From the sequence record OR062947.1: a DNA stretch of 64,000 nucleotides; one strand, written 5' to 3'. Every line of letters begins with the position of its first letter. The first letter of the stretch is position 1. Positions 28,318 to 36,381 of this stretch are shown here, one piece after another. Source of the DNA: Escherichia phage 348Ecol098PP. The position numbers and the translations under genes are program-made. The notes under the pieces are model-generated. The model worked only from the letters and a program-made list of their open reading frames with translations, did no database searches and was not told where the DNA came from.

Positions 28318-29298
28318 ATGTTCAACGTTCAAATCAAAAAAGGTATCTATCGTAATAACGAAATCTCTGGTTCTTATGTTGCCACAAAGACCTGGTTCCC
28401 GGCAAAGCTTAATCCTGAATGTTCCCACTTAGGTGATGGTAAAATTTTCGTTATTATTGATGGTTCTGAACGTGGAGTATGGGTCTTCAAATCAGACATC
28501 GTAATGGAAGGAGTTGAGACATCACCAGTTGCAGTTGTTGAAAGCACTGAAGATATGAAAACTCGTATCAACAAACGCTTTAAAGTAATGAACATGATGA
28601 CGAATGGCATTATCGATGGCAAAATTCGTTCACTCATTATTTCAGGTGCAGCCGGTATTGGTAAGACGTATTCTCTGGATAAAGCACTTAATAATGCTAA
28701 TGATAATGGTTTCATCAAATACAAAAGCATTAATGGTAAAATCTCTGGTATTGGCCTTTACGAACAACTTTGGCTCAACCGTGATGCAGACAGCGTTCTC
28801 TTAATCGACGACGTTGACGTATTCTCAGATATGGACATCTTGAACCTTCTTAAAGCAGCATTAGATACAGGCGATAAACGCAAAGTTTGTTGGAGCACTG
28901 CGTCATCTTATCTCGAGGATAAGGGTATTGATAAAGAATTTGAGTTTGAAGGTACTATCGTTTTCATTACAAACGTTGATATAGATAAAGAGTTAGAACG
29001 GGGTTCGAAACTTGCTCCACACCTTCAAGCTTTAGTATCTCGTTCAGTGTATCTCGACCTTGGAGTACACTCTAATGAAGAGATTATGGTTCGAGTTGAA
29101 GATGTAATATTATCTACTGACATGATGCAGAAACGTGGTCTGACGGATGCAGAAACGTATAAAGCATTGTCCTGGATGAAGGCTAATGTATCTCGTCTTC
29201 GCAATGTATCATTACGTACCGCTCTTTATGTAGCAGATTTTATTTCAACTGATAAAGATGGTTGGGAGGAAATCTCTGAAGTAACTTTACTGAAATAA
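28318..29298 (+). CDS. P-loop ATPase (Walker A/B) with N-terminal extra domain
   Basis: Walker A SGAAGIGKT, Walker B VLLIDDVD. Confidence 0.65.
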   Translation: MFNVQIKKGIYRNNEISGSYVATKTWFPAKLNPECSHLGDGKIFVIIDGSERGVWVFKSDIVMEGVETSPVAVVESTEDMKTRINKRFKVMNMMTNGIIDGKIRSLIISGAAGIGKTYSLDKALNNANDNGFIKYKSINGKISGIGLYEQLWLNRDADSVLLIDDVDVFSDMDILNLLKAALDTGDKRKVCWSTASSYLEDKGIDKEFEFEGTIVFITNVDIDKELERGSKLAPHLQALVSRSVYLDLGVHSNEEIMVRVEDVILSTDMMQKRGLTDAETYKALSWMKANVSRLRNVSLRTALYVADFISTDKDGWEEISEVTLLK

Positions 29299-29435
29299 GC
29301 TTATAGGAAGTTCTGAGGTAACAAAAGCCATAAAGATGAATAATCATATGGCTTACCTCAAAGAAGGACACCAGGAACCTACTGAGGGCATAGAAATATT
29401 TAAAATAATGATGTACAAATCAAAGAGGATATGTT

Positions 29436-29723
29436 ATGGATTTTATGCAAAAAATTAAAGCCGCAGTCGAACTGTATGCTCATCGTATGGTTAGTTCTAC
29501 GATGCAATATAGTGAGGAGGTTCGCCAGGACTCTTCCTTGAAAGGAAAAACTAAAGCCTTAATTACCTTAGATCGTTTGCAAAAGAATGCCATAGAGATG
29601 CTCCAGTACGACAAGGGTGTATATAAGAAAGAACAGGAAGAGAAACTTAAATCTGAAAAATTACAAAAAATCCCGAAGTCTGTTTGGTTCAGTGGAAAAA
29701 ATACCGAAAAAAGTTTCTTTTAG
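29436..29723 (+). CDS. hypothetical protein
   Basis: 95-aa ORF with SD agagga. Confidence 0.55.
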   Translation: MDFMQKIKAAVELYAHRMVSSTMQYSEEVRQDSSLKGKTKALITLDRLQKNAIEMLQYDKGVYKKEQEEKLKSEKLQKIPKSVWFSGKNTEKSFF

Positions 29724-29724
29724 T

Positions 29725-29762
29725 TGTTTACAAGGTCTATGGTTATGTTATTATAGACCTAT
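29725..29762 (+). promoter_or_regulatory. early promoter / PeSL
   Basis: GTTTACA; inverted repeat aggtctat/atagacct around tgttattat. Confidence 0.55.
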
Positions 29763-29781
29763 CAACTACTGGAGGTAAAAC

Positions 29782-30309
29782 ATGAACGCTAAAGATATTT
29801 TCAACCTGGTAAATTATAACGACGGTAAATTTAAATCTGAAGCACAAAGCAAGTTCTTTAATGACGTTGCTTATGGTAACGAGATTACCGTGGACGGAGG
29901 TCAGATTTTCAAATCTCGCTGGAATTGGATTGTTATCATCGATTCAGTTGGAATTGTGGAAGTCTACAAAAACACTAACAAAAAACGTACATTATTCTGG
30001 TCTCGTGAAACTAACGAGCAGTACAAAAAGGATAAAGCATCTCGTTTATCCAAAGTAACCCAGGAAGATATCGACTTCATCAAGAAAGATATCGAGATGT
30101 ACGAAAATTTAATTGCTGAAGACCAGGCAGTACTCGATAAGTTTGATGAAATTAAAGCTTCTCGTGAAATCCCTGACTTCATGAAAGAAACAGTAAACGA
30201 ACGATACGCTCTCACTTCAGAACGTATTGCAAACTATACAAAACAGAAAGCAGAACGTATTAGTACTCTTCGGAAATTTGAAGAACGTTTAAAGACGGTT
30301 CACGCATAA
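29782..30309 (+). CDS. hypothetical protein
   Basis: 175-aa ORF. Confidence 0.6.
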   Translation: MNAKDIFNLVNYNDGKFKSEAQSKFFNDVAYGNEITVDGGQIFKSRWNWIVIIDSVGIVEVYKNTNKKRTLFWSRETNEQYKKDKASRLSKVTQEDIDFIKKDIEMYENLIAEDQAVLDKFDEIKASREIPDFMKETVNERYALTSERIANYTKQKAERISTLRKFEERLKTVHA

Positions 30310-30311
30310 AC

Positions 30312-30336
30312 GCTTTACCCAAGGACGGGTTATAAT
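30312..30336 (+). promoter_or_regulatory. early promoter
   Basis: gctttac ... TATAAT. Confidence 0.45.
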
Positions 30337-30371
30337 GGTTTTGAGTTCCAATTCAATCTGAGGAAATAGTT

Positions 30372-31367
30372 ATGAGCATTACATCTGATGCGGTAAAACA
30401 TGAAATTAACGGTTTATGTGCTTCACAGATTAAAGTGTGGTTTAAAGACCATAACGATCGCAGAGCACTTAATTATGAACAAATTGCTATCCAAGTTCAT
30501 CAATTACTGGTTAGTAAATTTGATTTTCATATGCCGTCTGAAATCTATACTAATCTGCCGCGAGCACTTATTAAAGCGTGTAAAGGTTATGGAAAATCAA
30601 TGGCTGATGGAATCTTCAGCGCGCTGAATAAACTTAACGTTCTGTCGATGATTAACTCTAACAACATCCTGCGTAATCTAGGACGTACTGATTTGTTCGG
30701 CCGTGAACAGTGTAAAATGCCTTTGAAATGGATTGTTGCTCATCTTAACGAGAACCAAACACGTTTTATGGCCGTAACAGCACGCTTACAAATGGGCCTA
30801 GATCGTCAGATGAACTTTAAAACTCATCCACGTTATTCAGGTTCAACTGACTTTTATAAATGTGAGCTTCAAAAGGTTGCAGGTAAAACTGTCTTAGTAG
30901 TTCGTGTAACGTTTGAAGGACGACGTCAAGGATATTTTGACATAATCGGCTCCGGGCTTAAACATTGTGGATTTATCGACGAAGTTGATATCAAGCGAGA
31001 CGGCATTGGATACCGTATTGGATATGTTTGTACTCTTAAAGAAGAGATTTCAGGACCAGCACCAGGACTAAAAGACGTTAGATATAAAGACGAGCTCGTT
31101 GAAGAAATAAAAGAAGTTGAATATGATATCAACCAAGAAGATGCTCTTAAAGACCTTATTGATGAACCGAACCAAGACGTTATTCCTGTTCAGAAATTTG
31201 AATCAAAACATGCTGAGCAAATCAAATACTTTGAAGCTTTGATTAACGAACTTAATGTAACTATTCAACAGACTGACGATGAAATCTCACGATTAGCAGG
31301 TTTAAACGGTAAAAATAAAACAGAACGAGCTAATCTTATTCAGGTAGTAAAACTTCTTAAGGAATGA
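30372..31367 (+). CDS. hypothetical protein with C-terminal coiled coil (array member 1)
   Basis: 331 aa. Confidence 0.6.
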   Translation: MSITSDAVKHEINGLCASQIKVWFKDHNDRRALNYEQIAIQVHQLLVSKFDFHMPSEIYTNLPRALIKACKGYGKSMADGIFSALNKLNVLSMINSNNILRNLGRTDLFGREQCKMPLKWIVAHLNENQTRFMAVTARLQMGLDRQMNFKTHPRYSGSTDFYKCELQKVAGKTVLVVRVTFEGRRQGYFDIIGSGLKHCGFIDEVDIKRDGIGYRIGYVCTLKEEISGPAPGLKDVRYKDELVEEIKEVEYDINQEDALKDLIDEPNQDVIPVQKFESKHAEQIKYFEALINELNVTIQQTDDEISRLAGLNGKNKTERANLIQVVKLLKE

Positions 31368-31396
31368 TGTACAACCAAGGATGGTTGGAGTATAAT
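31368..31396 (+). promoter_or_regulatory. early promoter TGTACA-N17-TATAAT (duplicated cassette)
   Basis: 27-nt tacaaccaaggatggttggagtataat identical at 32390-32416. Confidence 0.6.
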
Positions 31397-31422
31397 AAAT
31401 TTTTCAACATGAGGAATATAAA

Positions 31423-32382
31423 ATGGCTTTTATTACACGTAGAGAACTTATCAAAGAATTTACCTCGAACGCATATACTCCAGGACCTAATCCTATCCGT
31501 ATGCCTGTAAAGACTCCTGAAGAGATTGAGGAAATCTGTTCATATTATGGGATTACTTCTCGTAAGTTTACTCAATTTGAATGCGTTACTAACACACCCG
31601 TTAAAGAGTTCATTAAAAATGGCGAGTTCAGCCGTTTATTGGCCAAACAGAAACTTCGTAATTTTTGTATTGGCGGTGAAGGACAATATTTCGCTAAGCA
31701 GTTCCGGAATAACCTTAACAATCTGATGGCCATTGCTTCTCGTATTCGTCCTCAAGCAATTAACATGAAACATTTGAAATATACTTACGATAAGTTGGAA
31801 ATCATGGTTATCAGTGAGAACGAGTTCACTCTCACGTATAAACCTAAGAATGATAACGTTGCTCGTGTATTCCACCAAGCGTTGGAAGTTTTAGGTGATA
31901 ATATTCACCAGATTAAAGCAATTTATTCTCGTGAGCTTAATATTATCGACCCTATCAAGAATAAGGGCCATATCGCTATCCAAGCTCGTGTATCTATTGG
32001 TAAAAAGGTTCCTGCGCCATGGTGGCACAAAGACTCTGAATACTATCAAAATCTTAAAAAGGAAAATGCATTGTTTGAAGGCAATATTACAGCAACACCA
32101 GTCGGTAATGCAGAGGTTCTAGGCGCATATTCTCCAGCACAATCTGGTATGTTTAAAGGTTTGCCAAATGTGTGCAAACTGTCGGCAGTAAAACTAAATG
32201 TTTCTAATGACCTTCTTCCGGCCGAAGATTATCATTACAACCAAATCAAGGCTACTGTAGACCAACTGTCCGTTGAACTTGACAAAGCACAAGCTAAGCT
32301 TCGTGATGCTCAACAGGTGGTGACCAATCTCCAGTTGCAGTACTCTAAACTTTTTAACGCAATGAATGCATTAAAATCATAA
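31423..32382 (+). CDS. hypothetical protein with C-terminal coiled coil (array member 2)
   Basis: 319 aa. Confidence 0.6.
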   Translation: MAFITRRELIKEFTSNAYTPGPNPIRMPVKTPEEIEEICSYYGITSRKFTQFECVTNTPVKEFIKNGEFSRLLAKQKLRNFCIGGEGQYFAKQFRNNLNNLMAIASRIRPQAINMKHLKYTYDKLEIMVISENEFTLTYKPKNDNVARVFHQALEVLGDNIHQIKAIYSRELNIIDPIKNKGHIAIQARVSIGKKVPAPWWHKDSEYYQNLKKENALFEGNITATPVGNAEVLGAYSPAQSGMFKGLPNVCKLSAVKLNVSNDLLPAEDYHYNQIKATVDQLSVELDKAQAKLRDAQQVVTNLQLQYSKLFNAMNALKS

Positions 32383-32387
32383 AATAG

Positions 32388-32416
32388 TTTACAACCAAGG
32401 ATGGTTGGAGTATAAT
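32388..32416 (+). promoter_or_regulatory. early promoter GTTTACA-N17-TATAAT (duplicated cassette)
   Basis: Near-identical to 31368-31396. Confidence 0.6.
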
Positions 32417-32444
32417 GAATCTATCTTAACGAGAGGAAAATATT

Positions 32445-33392
32445 ATGACACGTTCACATTACATTGAATACTTTGCAGGTCTTATCGCTAACGCTCACGC
32501 TCAACGTGCTACTGGTGCTTGGACTGATGTTCCACATAAAGGTGTGGTTTATAGTATTCTTCGTGATTTTCTTACATACACAGGCCAAGAAAATCATATC
32601 TGTAAAGATACTCAAAATGCATATTCTCATTCATTAGGGACACTGCTTCAATGGTTCAAACGTTCTCGTTTATTATCTTCTACTGTAGCTCGCGATAACA
32701 TTAAAAACTTTATGAAGCCGAGCTTTATTAAATCTGTGACATCTAAAACCGATTTGGTTGAATTCACTATTGTTAATGATGTTAAAAAGACTCATTTGGC
32801 TGATTGGTTATCTACCATTCCTGAAACTAAATTTGCTGATAAATTTGCTTGTGAATTCAATAACCAAGTGAATATGCTTTTTAAACATTCTCGTAAATTA
32901 TTCACAGGCGGCGATGATCGTACAAATACAGTTCATGCTAAAGATTGGGTTACTGCAGTGTTCAAACCAACCGGTAATGGTACCGCATCATTATCAATTG
33001 ATATTCAGGTTCCTTATTATTACTCACGTAATCTCGGCACCATGAAAGCTGAAGAAATTAAGAAGCACAATAAAACCATTCGTTCGTTGTCTTATAAACT
33101 TCGCATGATGTTAAGAATCATGGACGTGGTAGAAATGTATGATGAAACCGAAGATAACGGTTCAATGTTATACAGTTCTCGCATTCAAATTAAGTTGAAG
33201 AACCCTAACGAGTATAAGCCTAAGCCTATTAAAGAGCCTAAAGCAGAAAAAGTTGATAACTTAAGAGAAGAACGCGAATATCTCAAATCTCGTCTGAAAG
33301 AAGTCGAAGCCCAGATTGCAGAACAAACTAAATCGTTAAAAGCTCTGAATGCGAAAGCGGATGGTTTACGAAATGCCATTGAGGTGTTATAA
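32445..33392 (+). CDS. hypothetical protein with C-terminal coiled coil (array member 3)
   Basis: 315 aa. Confidence 0.6.
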   Translation: MTRSHYIEYFAGLIANAHAQRATGAWTDVPHKGVVYSILRDFLTYTGQENHICKDTQNAYSHSLGTLLQWFKRSRLLSSTVARDNIKNFMKPSFIKSVTSKTDLVEFTIVNDVKKTHLADWLSTIPETKFADKFACEFNNQVNMLFKHSRKLFTGGDDRTNTVHAKDWVTAVFKPTGNGTASLSIDIQVPYYYSRNLGTMKAEEIKKHNKTIRSLSYKLRMMLRIMDVVEMYDETEDNGSMLYSSRIQIKLKNPNEYKPKPIKEPKAEKVDNLREEREYLKSRLKEVEAQIAEQTKSLKALNAKADGLRNAIEVL

Positions 33393-33697
33393 TGAAACTA
33401 CGTCTTTTAGAGGATATTGATATGAACACTAATCACCGCTTGGTTAAGTTTATTGACGATAGTTCAAAGATTGAATTTGTTCAGCGAGATAAAATCCACG
33501 GTGAAGAAGAGTTCGTTCCTCCGGCATGGAACGAAATCATGAAAATGGTTGAACGACGTGAAAATGCTGCCAAATCGGCAGCAAAACATCCATGCCCGGA
33601 ATGTGGAACTATCCAAGTCCAACTGGTTAACTGGACCACTGATAACTTGAAATTGAAATGCCGTAAATGCTTCCACAAATTTGAGAGAACATTATAA
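33392..33697 (+). CDS. zinc-ribbon protein
   Basis: CPECG ... CRKCFHKF four-Cys motif. Confidence 0.55.
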   Translation: MKLRLLEDIDMNTNHRLVKFIDDSSKIEFVQRDKIHGEEEFVPPAWNEIMKMVERRENAAKSAAKHPCPECGTIQVQLVNWTTDNLKLKCRKCFHKFERTL

Positions 33698-34110
33698 TGA
33701 GATATAGCCTTCGTTGTTTTATTGCAGCTTTAGTTTTTGCCATCATTCCATTCATTTGGAACAGCCAGAATACTTACATGGAAACTAAAGTAATTCCTGT
33801 GGAGGTAGTGGAATTAATCTCAGGCCAATCTACAGGAAAATATTCTAAATTAGAATTTATTGCAGTCTATAAAGATGAGCAAGGACGAGTTTTTGACAGG
33901 CGTGTATCACCGTCGTTTTATACGCTTCTGAATAAAGGTGATACGATAGCTATAGAAATTCGTGAGATGGATATCAAACAAACTACTAAAGATAACCTGA
34001 TTTGGTTCTTTGGTACGGTGTTGTTGGTTTCTATCTGTATCACAGGTTTTATTACATGTATTGTATTTGGCGTTGCATATTTAATCGATGAAAGGAAAAA
34101 TAATGTTTAA
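33697..34110 (+). CDS. membrane protein
   Basis: N- and C-terminal hydrophobic segments. Confidence 0.55.
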   Translation: MRYSLRCFIAALVFAIIPFIWNSQNTYMETKVIPVEVVELISGQSTGKYSKLEFIAVYKDEQGRVFDRRVSPSFYTLLNKGDTIAIEIREMDIKQTTKDNLIWFFGTVLLVSICITGFITCIVFGVAYLIDERKNNV

Positions 34111-34366
34111 AGTGTACGGGTATGACTCTACTATTCATAAATGCATTTATTGTGATAATGCGAAACGATTGCTGACTGTTAAGAAACAGCCATTCGAATT
34201 CATTAATGTTATGCCAGAAAAAGGTGTGTTCGACGATGAGAAAATTACTGAGCTTCTTGTTAAGCTTGGACGCGAATCACAAGTTGGATTGACTATGCCT
34301 CAAGTGTTTGCTCCTGACGGAAGTCACATTGGTGGATTTGATCAACTGCGAGAATATTTTAAATGA
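34103..34366 (+). CDS. nrdC: glutaredoxin/thioredoxin NrdC
   Basis: MFKVYGYDSTIHKCIYCDNAKRLL... with CxxC. Confidence 0.85.
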   Translation: MFKVYGYDSTIHKCIYCDNAKRLLTVKKQPFEFINVMPEKGVFDDEKITELLVKLGRESQVGLTMPQVFAPDGSHIGGFDQLREYFK

Positions 34367-34578
34367 TGCTTGAAGGAACTGATTATATCCATGACTACCG
34401 TGGAAACGCGGTATATGTAGGTGATGAAGTTGCAGTTTACTATGGGTATGGAACTTTGATGACAGCCAAGGTTATTCAAATTAAAAATAATCGTGCTAAA
34501 CTCGAAGTTTATTATTCTAATGGCGAAAAGTCTATTTCTAAATGGAAATACGGCGATTGCATTGTTAAACTGGGGTAA
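34363..34578 (+). CDS. hypothetical protein
   Basis: 71-aa ORF. Confidence 0.5.
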   Translation: MMLEGTDYIHDYRGNAVYVGDEVAVYYGYGTLMTAKVIQIKNNRAKLEVYYSNGEKSISKWKYGDCIVKLG

Positions 34579-34580
34579 AT

Positions 34581-34751
34581 ATGATTTACGATATTAGTGC
34601 AGCAAGAGCTCCATCAATGGTTACTATTCCTGTTGAAGAATTAGATCGTCTTCAGAAAATTGAAGAGCTTCTTTGGGAAATTGAATCTGATTTGCCATCT
34701 GGGCTAGAATCCTGGGTTGATTATGAAGAGCTCAATAAGCTCCGCGGTTAA
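34581..34751 (+). CDS. small hypothetical protein (56 aa)
   Basis: ORF below track cutoff, starts 3 nt after upstream stop. Confidence 0.35.
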   Translation: MIYDISAARAPSMVTIPVEELDRLQKIEELLWEIESDLPSGLESWVDYEELNKLRG

Positions 34752-34800
34752 ACCATGGTATTCGGCTCGATGGGAGACGGTCGAGCCAGACGTCGAAACA

Positions 34801-34830
34801 GTTTACAACGACGAAGAAACGTGTTATGAT
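34801..34830 (+). promoter_or_regulatory. early promoter
   Basis: GTTTACA ... tgttatgat. Confidence 0.45.
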
Positions 34831-34879
34831 GAACCTTCAATAAATGAATTAATTGATATGGAAATGGGAAGAGATTATT

Positions 34880-35050
34880 ATGCAAGTTAAATTATTATAC
34901 CGTTTATTAAAAAATGGCAAGCATGATTGGTATTTGCTTATTAAAACCGATCCGAATTTTTTCTCTGGACAACCATTTACAGTTCGTCCTACTAAACGTC
35001 AGCTTCGCAAAGCTAAACGTTCTCATCGAGACTTTTATAACGTTTACTAA
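34880..35050 (+). CDS. small basic protein
   Basis: SD gggaagag before ATG. Confidence 0.45.
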   Translation: MQVKLLYRLLKNGKHDWYLLIKTDPNFFSGQPFTVRPTKRQLRKAKRSHRDFYNVY

Positions 35051-35052
35051 AT

Positions 35053-35060
35053 TATAAATA
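35053..35060 (+). promoter_or_regulatory. late promoter TATAAATA for gene 49
   Basis: Exact TATAAATA 30 nt before gene 49 ATG, next to a hairpin that can pair with the SD region. Confidence 0.55.
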
Positions 35061-35089
35061 CCCTTATCTATTTAAGGTAAGGGTTTATC

Positions 35090-35563
35090 ATGTTATTATC
35101 AGGCGCAAAATATAAAGAAGAAAAACAAAAATTTTATGATGCACAGAATGGTAAGTGTCCTATTTGCCACCGTGAATTAGACCCTGATGTTCAAGGTAAC
35201 CATCTTGACCACGACCATGAATTAAACGGGCCAAAAGCAGGTAGAGTTCGTGGGTTACTCTGTAATCTGTGCAATGCAGCAGAAGGTCAAATGAAGCATA
35301 AGTTCAACCGTTCCGGTCTTAAAAGACGTGATGTCGACTACCTCGAATGGCTTGAAGCTCTTCTTGCTTATTTGAAACAAGATTATTCTGATAATAATAT
35401 CCATCCTAATTTTGTTCCAGACAAAACTAAAGAGTTCTCAAGACTAGGTAAAGAGGAAATGATGTCCGAGATGCTTCAAAGAGGATTTGAATATAATGAA
35501 TCTGATACCAAAACACAATTAATAGCTTCATTCAAAAAGCAGCTTAGAAAGAGTTTAAAATGA
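35090..35563 (+). CDS. 49: endonuclease VII (Holliday junction resolvase) gp49
   Basis: 157 aa; CxxC...HLDHDHELNGPKAG...CNLCN zinc/H-N-H-like motifs; recalled T4 gp49. Confidence 0.9.
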   Translation: MLLSGAKYKEEKQKFYDAQNGKCPICHRELDPDVQGNHLDHDHELNGPKAGRVRGLLCNLCNAAEGQMKHKFNRSGLKRRDVDYLEWLEALLAYLKQDYSDNNIHPNFVPDKTKEFSRLGKEEMMSEMLQRGFEYNESDTKTQLIASFKKQLRKSLK

Positions 35564-36381
35564 ATGTAGTATATAAACTATCATTTATTAATAGAATTAA
35601 TGCTAAAACCCCACCATATTATTACATTGGAAGTAAAACCAATTGCACTTTTGATGGAACGAATATTATTGATAAAAATGGTAAATTTTATTATTCGTCT
35701 TCGTCATCTTCCGAATTTCAAAAAGCCTTATTGAAAGAAACGCCGAAAGTTGAAATATTATATTTTCAATTAGTCGGAGATGAACAAATAACTAGCATTG
35801 AAGCTGAATTTCAAAAGAATATAGAAAAAGATGTATGGAATAAAGAGTATTTTAATTTAGCATATGCTGATGGCAAATTTACGACATATGGTATTTCTCC
35901 TTCTAAAGAAACTAGAGAAAAACAATCAATAACCATGATTAAAAGAAATCGTAATAAAGGCAAAAATCATGGATTTTATGGAAAGCATCATACTAATTTA
36001 GCCAGAAAGAAAATATCAGAAGCTTCTAAAAAATACTGGAAAGAAAATCCGCATCGTGGATTTTCGCATACAAAGGAAGCTAAAATTAAAATTGGAATTT
36101 CATCTTCTATCAGGCATAAAGGAAGTGGAAATCCGATGTATGGTGTAAAACCTTGGAAAACTCCGAACGCAATTAAATCTGGTACTTGTATATTATGGTT
36201 AAAATACGCAGAAATTTTATATGATTATTTAGGTCCAGATTTTAAAAGTAAATCATCTATTTTTGCGGATTTAAACTTACCGAAATTTAGAATTGATAAT
36301 TTCATCAAAAGGTTTAAAATGGGTTGGAACCCATATTTAGACGAAGAATTTCAAAAGGATAAATTAGAATTATGTCTTTAG
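35560..36381 (+). CDS. GIY-YIG homing endonuclease (Seg / I-TevI-like) with NUMOD3-like repeats
   Basis: VYKLSFINRIN...YYYIGSKTN GIY-YIG motif; repeated GxxHxxExKxKIS motifs; strongly AT-rich. Confidence 0.75.
   Translation: MNVVYKLSFINRINAKTPPYYYIGSKTNCTFDGTNIIDKNGKFYYSSSSSSEFQKALLKETPKVEILYFQLVGDEQITSIEAEFQKNIEKDVWNKEYFNLAYADGKFTTYGISPSKETREKQSITMIKRNRNKGKNHGFYGKHHTNLARKKISEASKKYWKENPHRGFSHTKEAKIKIGISSSIRHKGSGNPMYGVKPWKTPNAIKSGTCILWLKYAEILYDYLGPDFKSKSSIFADLNLPKFRIDNFIKRFKMGWNPYLDEEFQKDKLELCL
35560..36381 (+). mobile_element. free-standing homing endonuclease gene between gene 49 and nrdD
   Basis: Same as CDS; composition differs from flanking genes. Confidence 0.6.
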
